Below are positions 9,108-17,809 of a DNA stretch of 45,585 nucleotides, one piece after another. This stretch comes from a virus (lineage: Duplodnaviria; Caudoviricetes): positions 1-45,585 of IMG/VR virus record IMGVR_UViG_3300019874_000008; one strand, written 5' to 3'. Both the position numbers and the translations under genes were made by a program. Under the pieces are notes generated by a model. It saw only the letters and a program-made list of their open reading frames with translations, was not told the DNA's origin and did not search any database. Each line of letters starts with the position of its first letter. Position 1 is the stretch's first letter.

Positions 9108-9865
9108 CCCTCACTCCTCAAAACATATTAGCCGCATTGCAGGGTAATACTCCTTTGTCATTGGTCAGAATAGGGGATGGCGAAGGAATAATCCTTAATG
9201 CCTTGACCAGTTACCACGCTTTAGACCTGGCGAATACTGCTGTCCTTAACAGGCAGTTAGGTTTCAGCCCTTCACTGGATGATATAAAGCAGATAAGGCA
9301 GAACCTTATCACAGCGTATGAAGGCGCTGATATTATCGGGGTCCCGATGCACAAGCAAGCAACCAGCACCCATTGGACAGGTGTAGTTGATATTATGAAG
9401 TCTAACTGTAATATTACCACTGATAAGTTTACCTCCACTGATATAGGCTACGATATGCTTAATGCAGGCTTATTCGATACACTGCTGCAGGACAGGGATC
9501 AACTGGCTTATATCAGCTGCCGGCAGTTAGAGGAAAGGGTAGCTAAGAAGTGGAATATAGCAAGGGTTAGCGGGTATCATATTTCTCCAGAGGTTAAATT
9601 CACGAGTGGTTACAAAGGTGAGCCGCACTGGCCGGTACAGTTCAATAAAGCCGCCAGGTGGATGGATGTAGTTTGCAGACCCGGTATGCTGTTGCTCGTT
9701 GGTGCAGGTGTAGTAGGCAAGATATACTGCCAGTGGTGGAAGGAAAGGGGTGGTATTGCTTTTGATGTGGGGAGCGTACTAGATGAGTGGGCAGGGAAAG
9801 TAACAAGAGGCCCGGAACGTGGATTAGATAAAGAAATTGCCGATGGCAAAGGATATAAAATATAA
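9104..9865 (+). CDS. GT-D fold (DUF1792-like) glycosyltransferase
   Basis: SLVRIGDGE and LVGAGVVGK...AFDVGS. Confidence 0.7.
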   Translation: MTLTPQNILAALQGNTPLSLVRIGDGEGIILNALTSYHALDLANTAVLNRQLGFSPSLDDIKQIRQNLITAYEGADIIGVPMHKQATSTHWTGVVDIMKSNCNITTDKFTSTDIGYDMLNAGLFDTLLQDRDQLAYISCRQLEERVAKKWNIARVSGYHISPEVKFTSGYKGEPHWPVQFNKAARWMDVVCRPGMLLLVGAGVVGKIYCQWWKERGGIAFDVGSVLDEWAGKVTRGPERGLDKEIADGKGYKI

Positions 9866-9868
9866 TTT

Positions 9869-10285
9869 ATGAACCTCTACTCCCGCATAAAACCAAACAC
9901 CCTACTACACATCATCCACCGTAAGGAAGATTGGATCGATGGCAGGCAGGATCTGACGCCGGAAACAACGGCATTGCAGGTAGCCACTATCAAACAACCT
10001 GCAGGGCAAACGTTCAGACCGCATAAGCATATACCTAACGAACGTATTATCCCGATAACTAATGAGTGTTGGGTTATACTGACGGGCAGTGTTAAGGCAA
10101 CGTATTACGATATTGATAACAGCGTACTGCACGAGGATGTACTACTGCCCGGCGATGTAACGATAACAGTAGGTGAAGGTGGGCATAATTACCTGTTTAT
10201 GAAAGATGGCGTAGCACTGGAAGTAAAGAATGGGCCATGGGTTGGTACAGAAAAAGATAAAGAATTTATATGCGAACAATTGTAA
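9869..10285 (+). CDS. Cupin-fold protein (WbuC/sugar isomerase-like)
   Basis: PHKH...E...GGH...EVKNGP. Confidence 0.75.
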   Translation: MNLYSRIKPNTLLHIIHRKEDWIDGRQDLTPETTALQVATIKQPAGQTFRPHKHIPNERIIPITNECWVILTGSVKATYYDIDNSVLHEDVLLPGDVTITVGEGGHNYLFMKDGVALEVKNGPWVGTEKDKEFICEQL

Positions 10286-10923
10286 CAACAAGTAATTTAT
10301 ACCTTCACCTGTTACCGGTATTTACCTACCTGTGGAATAAATACTACCCGGGCCAGCAGGTAACAGTATTAGGCTACGATGTTCCACGTGAATCGCTGCC
10401 TGGTAACTTTACGTTCGTATCAATGGGCAGGCAGGGAGATGTGTGTGAATGGTCAACAGATATACGTAAGTGGGTAGAGGGGCAGGATGCGGAATGGCTG
10501 CTATGGGTAATGGAAGACACCTTTCTTAAAACATCTGTTAACAGTGAGCAGATAGATTGCGCATGCGCTTTGATGTACGAGGGTATAGGCCGTATAGGGC
10601 TTACAAAAGATATTCAGAACAGAGAACATAATACCGATCAGTTTGGTGTAGTATGGGCTCATCCTGAAAGCAGGTACAGACTGAGTACGCAACCGTCTAT
10701 ATGGAATAAAAAGTTTCTGTTGCAGCATATGACCGAGGGGTTAACACCATGGGAATTTGAAACACAGGATCCAAAGAATGATAATTGGGCGGTAGTTGGA
10801 TTGAAGGAGTGGCCTATATCTCACAATGAAGGAGTAAATAAACGGGATAGATTCGCACTTGATCTAACAGGTATGGTGAAGGAAGATATTGATCACATAA
10901 ATAAAATTAAAGCAACGTGGTAA
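10270..10923 (+). CDS. Putative glycosyltransferase
   Basis: MEDTFL, STQPSIW, TPWEFE motifs of GT-like proteins in glycan clusters. Confidence 0.55.
   Translation: MRTIVTTSNLYLHLLPVFTYLWNKYYPGQQVTVLGYDVPRESLPGNFTFVSMGRQGDVCEWSTDIRKWVEGQDAEWLLWVMEDTFLKTSVNSEQIDCACALMYEGIGRIGLTKDIQNREHNTDQFGVVWAHPESRYRLSTQPSIWNKKFLLQHMTEGLTPWEFETQDPKNDNWAVVGLKEWPISHNEGVNKRDRFALDLTGMVKEDIDHINKIKATW
10380..10395. other. parS-like site within CDS
   Basis: TGTTCCACGTGAATCG, 14/16 to TGTTCCACGTGAAACA. Confidence 0.45.
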
Positions 10924-11450
10924 AGGTTAACGTAGGCTGCGGTAAAAGGAACTGGTCAAGCGAGGGCTGGATCAGCGTAGATGGCGCTGACTTTCCGCAT
11001 GTAACCAATAATGATGTATCGCTTAAATGGATGGATAACGATAGCGTTGATATCATTGTTGCATCGCATTTGATAGCGTATTTTGATCACAATGATGCGG
11101 TATCAATATTGAAAGAATGGTTACGGGTATTGAAACATGGTGGCGTTTTACATATAAGTACACCGAATATGTATGTTATTAGCAAGCTAATTGCTGATGG
11201 TATGCAGTTAAAATATGCATTAGGCCCTGTTTACGGCAGAGCTTATGGTGATGGGCATAAGGTTGGATATGATTATCTATCAATGATAATACTATTAGGC
11301 ATTGCGGGTTTTACAAATATAGAAATCTACGACCACCGCACCACCTGTCACCCCAACACCGGCAACAGAGAGGATTATTACGACGATCATAGTGCAGCAT
11401 ATATCGAGGGTACTCTTATATCTCTTAACGTTCAAGCTACCAAACCATGA
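10917..11450 (+). CDS. Class I SAM-dependent methyltransferase (type 11-like)
   Basis: VNVGCG, SVDIIVASH, RVLKHGG. Confidence 0.85.
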   Translation: MVKVNVGCGKRNWSSEGWISVDGADFPHVTNNDVSLKWMDNDSVDIIVASHLIAYFDHNDAVSILKEWLRVLKHGGVLHISTPNMYVISKLIADGMQLKYALGPVYGRAYGDGHKVGYDYLSMIILLGIAGFTNIEIYDHRTTCHPNTGNREDYYDDHSAAYIEGTLISLNVQATKP

Positions 11451-12145
11451 GCGATACATCAGATTGGATGGTAACGGGTAGTGACCTCCATAACTATCTG
11501 CAGGCTTGCAGGGAAATAAATATGTCCACGTTCAAACAGGATAACAGGCTAACCAAGATATTTGAACATTCTACCAAAAGACAGGGGAGGGAGTATTTAA
11601 AAATTATCCTTAACCAGCATCCCGAATGGTTGAAGTTCGATTTTACCAATGATGCGATAGGTAACCCCACTACCCACGATTTTGGGCTGGTCCGAGCCTC
11701 GGCATCCACACTGCAGTATATAGGCGTACTATCCAACCTGGTTAAACGTTTTGGTCCTCTGAATGGATTACGTATAGTAGAGATAGGTGGCGGCTACGGC
11801 GGTCAGTGCAGGACTATCCTTGATATGTTCCAGCCTGCATGCTACCACTTGATAGACCTGCCGGAAGTGGTAGGCCTGCAGCGTATGTACTTAGGTGCAC
11901 ATCCATGCAAGGCGGGAGAGGTTGAATTCTTAACTGAGCCGAACGGGAGAGGTTATGATTTAGTGATCAGTAACTATGCACTAAGCGAAGTACGGGATAA
12001 CGATCGGTATATGACCGAGGTTGTGGAGCGTTCTAAACACGGATACCTTACCTGTAACACGAATCTGGTACAACTTAATTTTAAACACGACCGTTTCCCT
12101 GACCTTGTTAGCGAAGCGGTTAATAATTTTATATTGGTATGGTAG
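11447..12145 (+). CDS. Putative sugar O-methyltransferase
   Basis: IGNP, IVEIGGGYGG, IDLPEV, DLVISNYALSE. Confidence 0.8.
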   Translation: MSDTSDWMVTGSDLHNYLQACREINMSTFKQDNRLTKIFEHSTKRQGREYLKIILNQHPEWLKFDFTNDAIGNPTTHDFGLVRASASTLQYIGVLSNLVKRFGPLNGLRIVEIGGGYGGQCRTILDMFQPACYHLIDLPEVVGLQRMYLGAHPCKAGEVEFLTEPNGRGYDLVISNYALSEVRDNDRYMTEVVERSKHGYLTCNTNLVQLNFKHDRFPDLVSEAVNNFILVW

Positions 12146-12480
12146 AAATATTCACGGTTGCTACGGGCAACGTTGATAGCGAGGGAGATATAATTGTATT
12201 AAGCGGTATTAAAGTGCCGCAAAAGAAAATTCTTGTATTTCATAATTTTGACCAATCCAGCCCAATAGGCGAAATAGAAGGGTACGAAATTAAGGGCAAT
12301 GAGTTTATTGTAAAGGCAACACTTGCCGAAGATGTAAAAGGTTTATACCCTGCCATCGGATATACCGTTAATAAAAGCAGGCAAGAAGGTGATGTTAGGG
12401 TTATAGAGGATTTAACATTGCACTCAATAGGATTATGCGGCAACCCTAACGCTGACGAAACCATTAAACCTATATCATGA
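12139..12480 (+). CDS. Small prohead-protease-like protein, probably inactive
   Basis: DSEGDII...VFHNFD...PIG...AIGY...LHSIGLCGNPN follows the HK97 protease motif order. Confidence 0.5.
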   Translation: MVEIFTVATGNVDSEGDIIVLSGIKVPQKKILVFHNFDQSSPIGEIEGYEIKGNEFIVKATLAEDVKGLYPAIGYTVNKSRQEGDVRVIEDLTLHSIGLCGNPNADETIKPIS

Positions 12481-13229
12481 CCATCGCCACCTCCATCACA
12501 GCTGACTACCTGGAAAGGTCGCAACCCTACTTCCAAAGCGTGGCATTACACATGCCCGACGCAAGGCGCATTTGCTTTACGATAGGCTTTACCACTACTA
12601 TTGAAGGATGGGAATGCGTACACGTTCCTTTCAGTGAGATAGTATGGCGCCCAATGAATAGAGAGGGCTATCAATCTTTACAACATGGCGAATTTACCAA
12701 GTATGCCAACTTTGACGCTGACGAAATGATATTGTTTACCGACAGCGATATGGTATTGCAGCGTAAATGGGATATTGAACTACCGCCGACGGATAGTATT
12801 TTAGTCACTTATTCATCATGGCCGCAGACGCCGCTTATGGAAGTGGTAAAGAACTTGGCACCGGTAAGAAGGATCGACAAAGTGTTAAAAAAATGGGGTA
12901 TCTTGGTACAGCGGGAATTTTGCACCTGTTTTATCGGGGCTAAGGCATCGACGTGGGAACGGCTGTATAAAGTTTGCACCGCACTATACGGGGTGCTGGA
13001 TGAGTTCGAGCACCATGCGGCGCAGCAGTTAATGATCAATCTTGCGGTGCATAATTACTTTAAATCGCACCAGGTATTACCGCCGTTCGTGGTTAATGCG
13101 TCATGGTATGAGGGCACAGAGGCTGAAGGCGAGCCACTGAAGGTGATGCAGACTGGCAAGGATGTGAAGGGTGAACCGGTAGAGATCGAGGAAACAGTTT
13201 ATTTTAATCATAGTAAATTTAATGTGTGA
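12477..13229 (+). CDS. Putative GT-A glycosyltransferase
   Basis: ILFTDSDMVLQ DxD motif; C-terminal FNH. Confidence 0.6.
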   Translation: MTIATSITADYLERSQPYFQSVALHMPDARRICFTIGFTTTIEGWECVHVPFSEIVWRPMNREGYQSLQHGEFTKYANFDADEMILFTDSDMVLQRKWDIELPPTDSILVTYSSWPQTPLMEVVKNLAPVRRIDKVLKKWGILVQREFCTCFIGAKASTWERLYKVCTALYGVLDEFEHHAAQQLMINLAVHNYFKSHQVLPPFVVNASWYEGTEAEGEPLKVMQTGKDVKGEPVEIEETVYFNHSKFNV

Positions 13230-13410
13230 TAAGCGACGATATAGCAAACGTGAAGCACAGGAAGCATTGAACGCCTGTAAAAAATTCAGGCGCAAACAAT
13301 TTCGTAAAGAAAAAAGATTTTATCACTGCCACGAATGTAATATGTGGCACTTAACAAGTAAAGCATGGCACCGGATTTTTCAACCGTTACCGAATTTGAG
13401 AACAGGATAG
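13222..13410 (+). CDS. Small basic zinc-finger-like phage protein
   Basis: CDKRRY...RFYHCHECNMWHLTS. Confidence 0.65.
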   Translation: MCDKRRYSKREAQEALNACKKFRRKQFRKEKRFYHCHECNMWHLTSKAWHRIFQPLPNLRTG

Positions 13411-13985
13411 CCGAGTTCTTTGGAGCGCCGTATGCGGTTATGACAGATAGTTGCACCAGTGCAATTGAATTATGCTTGAGATATAAGAAAGAAAAGATCA
13501 TGTATTCCCCACGCAGGACATACCTGTCAATACCTATGCTTGCAGAAAAATTAGGAATAAAATTAGTGTGGCACCACGAAAACTACGTATGGAAAGATTA
13601 TTACCCTGTTGTTATACGTGACGATTATACTACACCAATTTATGACGCAGCGGTATTGTGGCGCAAAAACAGCTACGAGCCCAACTCTTTTATGTGCTTA
13701 TCCTTTCAGCGGCAAAAGCACTTATCATTGGGGAAAGCTGGTATGATCCTTTGCGACAACAAAGAAGCGGCTGATATGTTAAAACTGATGTCATATGATG
13801 GCCGCCAACATGATATACCGTGGCGTAATCAAGATGTATCGGTTATGGGTTATCACTATGCACCCACTTTTGAAACAGCAGCATTGGGTCTTAGTAAACT
13901 GGATGCGGCTATTGCAACAGAGCCCCGCCAATGGGTTGTTACAGACTGGCCGGACCTTACACAAATGAAAATATTTAAACAATAA
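13365..13985 (+). CDS. DegT/DnrJ/EryC1/StrS-family sugar aminotransferase (short form)
   Basis: FENRIAEFFGAPYAVMTDSCTSAIEL, DAA, SFQRQKHL (PLP lysine), GMIL. Confidence 0.85.
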   Translation: MAPDFSTVTEFENRIAEFFGAPYAVMTDSCTSAIELCLRYKKEKIMYSPRRTYLSIPMLAEKLGIKLVWHHENYVWKDYYPVVIRDDYTTPIYDAAVLWRKNSYEPNSFMCLSFQRQKHLSLGKAGMILCDNKEAADMLKLMSYDGRQHDIPWRNQDVSVMGYHYAPTFETAALGLSKLDAAIATEPRQWVVTDWPDLTQMKIFKQ

Positions 13986-13997
13986 AATACACATAAC

Positions 13998-14228
13998 ATG
14001 TCACAAACAATTGGAGAAAAAAGAGTTCGTTCAGCTTTTAACCCGTCAGGTGCGGGCAATGTAAACGCCATCAAAAACAACACCGCAACTTTGATTAACA
14101 TTTGCGAAGAAATGAAACCTAAAGATGGTTCAATATTGAACAATGAGCAGGCTCGGCTTATTGCACTTGCTCAAACTGCTTACGAAGAAGCTGCAATGTG
14201 GGCTGTTAAAGCAGCTACTTATGAGTAA
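13998..14228 (+). CDS. Acb2/Tad1-like helical hairpin protein (candidate immune-signal sponge)
   Basis: 76 aa; RLIALAQTAYEEAAMWAVKA resembles the Tad1 ALTHVEEALMW helix (from recall). Confidence 0.5.
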   Translation: MSQTIGEKRVRSAFNPSGAGNVNAIKNNTATLINICEEMKPKDGSILNNEQARLIALAQTAYEEAAMWAVKAATYE

Positions 14229-15180
14229 AAAAGTTCTTATATTCGGCATAGCAGGTCAGGATGGATCATACCTAACGGAATACCTGTTATCGTTAGGGCA
14301 TGAAGTACATGGCACGATACGTCGTAACAGTACGCCTGAAAATCAGGAGTGCAGGATTGATGGGCTGCCTGTTACTACTTACTATGCCGACTTGTTAGAT
14401 ACCGGAAGTATTGATACGGTACTAAGGACAGTTATGCCTGATGAAATATATAACCTGGCCGCACAATCGCACGTCCGTATCAGTTATGATGTACCACAAT
14501 TTACGGTACAGACAAATGCATTGGGGGTATTGAATTTATTAGAAGCATATCGTAAGATTTGCCCAAAAGCAAGGTTTTACCAAGCTAGTAGCAGCGAAAT
14601 GTTTGGCACAAGTGTAGACAGTGATAATTACCAAAGAATAACTACACCCATGTCGCCGGTATCACCATACGGCTGTGCAAAGGTTTTCGGTTACAATATT
14701 TGCCGTAATTACCGCCATGCGTTCGGGTTGCATGTAACCAACGGCGTTCTTTTTAACCATGAAAGCTCCCGACGTGGATCTAATTTCGTTACCAATAAAG
14801 TGGTGAAAGCAGCAGTACGCATTAAGTTAGGATTGCAGGATGTATTAGAATTAGGAAATATGGATAGTTACCGTGATTGGGGCCATAGCAAAGACTATGT
14901 GAAAGCTATGCACCTCATGATGCAACAGGATAAACCAGGAGACTGGGTGGTAGCTACCGGCGTAACGCATTCAGTGAGGGATATGGTAGAATATGTTTTT
15001 GGAAAGCTGGATGTTAGCATGGACAAAGTGATCACTAACGATAAATTCAAACGTCCGCAGGAACTTGACTATTTACGTGGCGATGCTACGCCAATACGTA
15101 AACTTGGCTGGAAACCGGAGTACACCTTTGAAAGTATGTTATTGGAAATGATAGAACATTGGTTAAATTTCATGGGGTAA
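14221..15180 (+). CDS. gmd: GDP-mannose 4,6-dehydratase
   Basis: GIAGQDGSYL, YNLAAQSHV, YQASSSEMFG, SPYGCAK, FNHES, RDWGH. Confidence 0.96.
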   Translation: MSKKVLIFGIAGQDGSYLTEYLLSLGHEVHGTIRRNSTPENQECRIDGLPVTTYYADLLDTGSIDTVLRTVMPDEIYNLAAQSHVRISYDVPQFTVQTNALGVLNLLEAYRKICPKARFYQASSSEMFGTSVDSDNYQRITTPMSPVSPYGCAKVFGYNICRNYRHAFGLHVTNGVLFNHESSRRGSNFVTNKVVKAAVRIKLGLQDVLELGNMDSYRDWGHSKDYVKAMHLMMQQDKPGDWVVATGVTHSVRDMVEYVFGKLDVSMDKVITNDKFKRPQELDYLRGDATPIRKLGWKPEYTFESMLLEMIEHWLNFMG

Positions 15181-15212
15181 AATGTAAAAAGTATAGTACA
15201 AAACAATAGCAA

Positions 15213-15845
15213 ATGACCCGCACCTGTTTTACCGCCATCATTGGTAACTACGAAGACCTTAAAACGCCAACGGTAATAACGCCGGGATGGGAATATATTT
15301 GTTTTACCGATCAACCGTTGCAACCCGATGTATGGAAAATAGTACAGGTGCCTGCCGGTGATAACCCGCAACGTACGGCTCGGCGCATTAAGATAATGTT
15401 CCATGAATATATCGATGCGGAGCAATCCATGTGGCTCGATGCTGCTTTTCAGATCAATTGTGACCTAAATAAGTTTTGGAACTACTTTAAATCACCGCTG
15501 ACGGTACCGAAGCATCCGCTGCGTACTTGTGTTTATGCAGAGATACGTTCGTGCCTTGCTAATAACCGTGGCGATGCGGCAGAGCTGGTAGCGCAGGAAG
15601 CAGCGTACAAGGCAGAGAATTTCCCCTACTTCACTAATAATATTATCACCAGCGGCGTATTGATGCGTGACCGGCGTTCTATACCTTTGTGTGAGGCGTG
15701 GTGGGCAGAGTTGTCGAAACACAGCGCCAGGGATCAGGTAGCATTTGCGAAGATATGCGGGGCGTTCGACTGGTATAAGTTCAATTGGGATTACAGCCAG
15801 TCAAGAGAATTGCACTATATTAAACACTTTCACCATAGACATTGA
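15213..15845 (+). CDS. DUF616 (TOD1/MUCI70-like) glycosyltransferase
   Basis: TAIIGNYE, ICFTD, WLDA, HPLRTCVYAE, RDQVAF. Confidence 0.8.
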   Translation: MTRTCFTAIIGNYEDLKTPTVITPGWEYICFTDQPLQPDVWKIVQVPAGDNPQRTARRIKIMFHEYIDAEQSMWLDAAFQINCDLNKFWNYFKSPLTVPKHPLRTCVYAEIRSCLANNRGDAAELVAQEAAYKAENFPYFTNNIITSGVLMRDRRSIPLCEAWWAELSKHSARDQVAFAKICGAFDWYKFNWDYSQSRELHYIKHFHHRH

Positions 15846-15849
15846 AAAT

Positions 15850-16449
15850 ATGATAACGAATCACACACAGTTGATAAATTGGCTGATTGCAAAACATAAT
15901 CTTACTTCCTACTGTGAGATCGGAACGCAAAACTGTAACAATAATTTCCATAAGATACACAGCCCGGTAACATCATTGATTAAAGTTGGTGTAGATCCCG
16001 AACCTATCAATGGTGACAATAGGATAACGGTTGGTACAAGTGATGAATACTTTGCGCTAAACCCGCCAAAGATGGATATCTATTTCATTGATGGTTACCA
16101 CGAGTGTGAGCAAGTGAAACGTGATTTCGAGAACACCCTCCGCTGCCTTAACGACAACGGCTTTATAGTTCTCCACGACACACTACCCGATGAGGAACAA
16201 TTTACCACTGTTCCACGTGCAACAAAAAAATGGTTCGGCAACGTATATTTATTTGCCACAACCTTGTACGCTTACGGTTTGGAATACGTTACCCTTGATA
16301 TGGATTGCGGTTGTACTGTGGTAAGAAAGAAACAAGCTGCCACAGCGCCAAAGGTACCAGCAGCAACGCAGAATTGGGAAGGTTATGTAAAGCATGGTAG
16401 GGAATTAATGAATGTTATAAAACCGGGGGAGATTGAAAATTATTTTTGA
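15850..16449 (+). CDS. Class I SAM-dependent methyltransferase (Methyltransf_24-like)
   Basis: YCEIG, GVDP, TSDEYF, DIYFIDGYH, GFIVLHD. Confidence 0.85.
   Translation: MITNHTQLINWLIAKHNLTSYCEIGTQNCNNNFHKIHSPVTSLIKVGVDPEPINGDNRITVGTSDEYFALNPPKMDIYFIDGYHECEQVKRDFENTLRCLNDNGFIVLHDTLPDEEQFTTVPRATKKWFGNVYLFATTLYAYGLEYVTLDMDCGCTVVRKKQAATAPKVPAATQNWEGYVKHGRELMNVIKPGEIENYF
16209..16224. other. parS-like site within CDS
   Basis: TGTTCCACGTGCAACA, 15/16 to the parS palindrome. Confidence 0.6.
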
Positions 16450-17797
16450 TACCAGGGGCAACCCAAAACAAAAGGCCGCAGCACAGGCATGGGTAGATCC
16501 TAAAATATCACAAATACTTTACGGGGGAGCGAAGTATGGCGCAAAGTCAAATACCGGCTGTAACCTTATTTTCGGAAATGCTATGATGTACCCCGATACG
16601 AGATTTTTTATTGCCAGGGAAAGCCTTACCGATCTACGCCGTTATACAATACCATCAATTTATGAAGTGTTTGGATTATGGGGGTTAGATCATGGCAAAT
16701 ACATGAAGTATAACGGGCAGGATAACTTTTTTCAATTATACAATAAATCGGTAGTTGAATTTGTAGATGCATCGTTCAGTCCCAGTGATCCCGATTTTCA
16801 CCGTTTTGGGTCAAGGCAATATACGCAAGGGTGGTGCGAGGAAATTGGCGATATGCACCCAAATGCGATAACTAACTTATTCCTTACCGTTGGCCGTTGG
16901 CGCAACCGGGAAACAGGGTTACCTAAAAAACTACTGCTTACCTGCAACCCGCATAAAGGGTATGGTTATCAAAACTTCTACAAGCCGCATAAAGCCGGCA
17001 CATTGTCAGCGGATAAAGTTTTTATTTCAGCATTACCATCGGATAATAAAGCCGGCGACCCTGAATATATAAAAAGCCTGTTGGAGCTTAGCAATAAAAA
17101 TGAGCGGGAGCGGCTGGCCTTTGGTAATTGGGAGTATGATGATGACCCTGCCGCACTTCACGAGTACGAAAAAATACTCGACATCTTCTCTAACACCCAC
17201 GTTGAAGGCGGCAATAAATTCATCACCTGCGATATTGCCCGGTTAGGAGGTGATAAAATAGTGATCATTGAATGGGATGGATGGCGGGGATATGTGCGAT
17301 ATTATACAAAGCAAACCCTTGACGTTACCACTACCTACATACAGGCTGCAATGTCAAGAAACCAAACGGGGCATAGCAATACTTTGATAGATAGTGATGG
17401 CATGGGCGGCGGCCCTGTTGATATGCTGAAAGTAAAAGGTTTTACCAATAATGCCAGGGCTTTACCATCCCCTACAAGCCTTTATAATGAAAAAGGCGTG
17501 CAGATACCGGAGAACTTTGACAACCTAAAAAGCCAGTGCTATTTTAGATTAGCCGAAAGAATCAATAAAAACGGTTTATATTTGGAATGTGAATCGGATG
17601 AGATAAAGCAATGGATCATAGAAGAATTGGAGCAAGTGAAGCAAAAGTTACTGGATAGTGATATGAAAAAAGGCGTTATCCCAAAGGATAAAGTTAAGGA
17701 AGCATTAGGCCGTTCTCCCGATTTCGCTGACGCCATTATGATGCGTGAATACTTTGAACTAAAACCGGTGATTGAATTACAACATGGTAACTACTAA
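16433..17797 (+). CDS. terL: Terminase large subunit
   Basis: YGGAKYGAKS Walker A variant, WCEE, TCNP, CDIARLGGD, RSPDFADA. Confidence 0.93.
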   Translation: MKIIFDTRGNPKQKAAAQAWVDPKISQILYGGAKYGAKSNTGCNLIFGNAMMYPDTRFFIARESLTDLRRYTIPSIYEVFGLWGLDHGKYMKYNGQDNFFQLYNKSVVEFVDASFSPSDPDFHRFGSRQYTQGWCEEIGDMHPNAITNLFLTVGRWRNRETGLPKKLLLTCNPHKGYGYQNFYKPHKAGTLSADKVFISALPSDNKAGDPEYIKSLLELSNKNERERLAFGNWEYDDDPAALHEYEKILDIFSNTHVEGGNKFITCDIARLGGDKIVIIEWDGWRGYVRYYTKQTLDVTTTYIQAAMSRNQTGHSNTLIDSDGMGGGPVDMLKVKGFTNNARALPSPTSLYNEKGVQIPENFDNLKSQCYFRLAERINKNGLYLECESDEIKQWIIEELEQVKQKLLDSDMKKGVIPKDKVKEALGRSPDFADAIMMREYFELKPVIELQHGNY

Positions 17798-17809
17798 TAC
17801 CCATATAAA

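Noticed and set aside
8559-16449. Classical serotype-conversion (gtrABC/oac) cassette
   Set aside because: No membrane flippase, polymerase or acyltransferase; genes are soluble and coupled to terL
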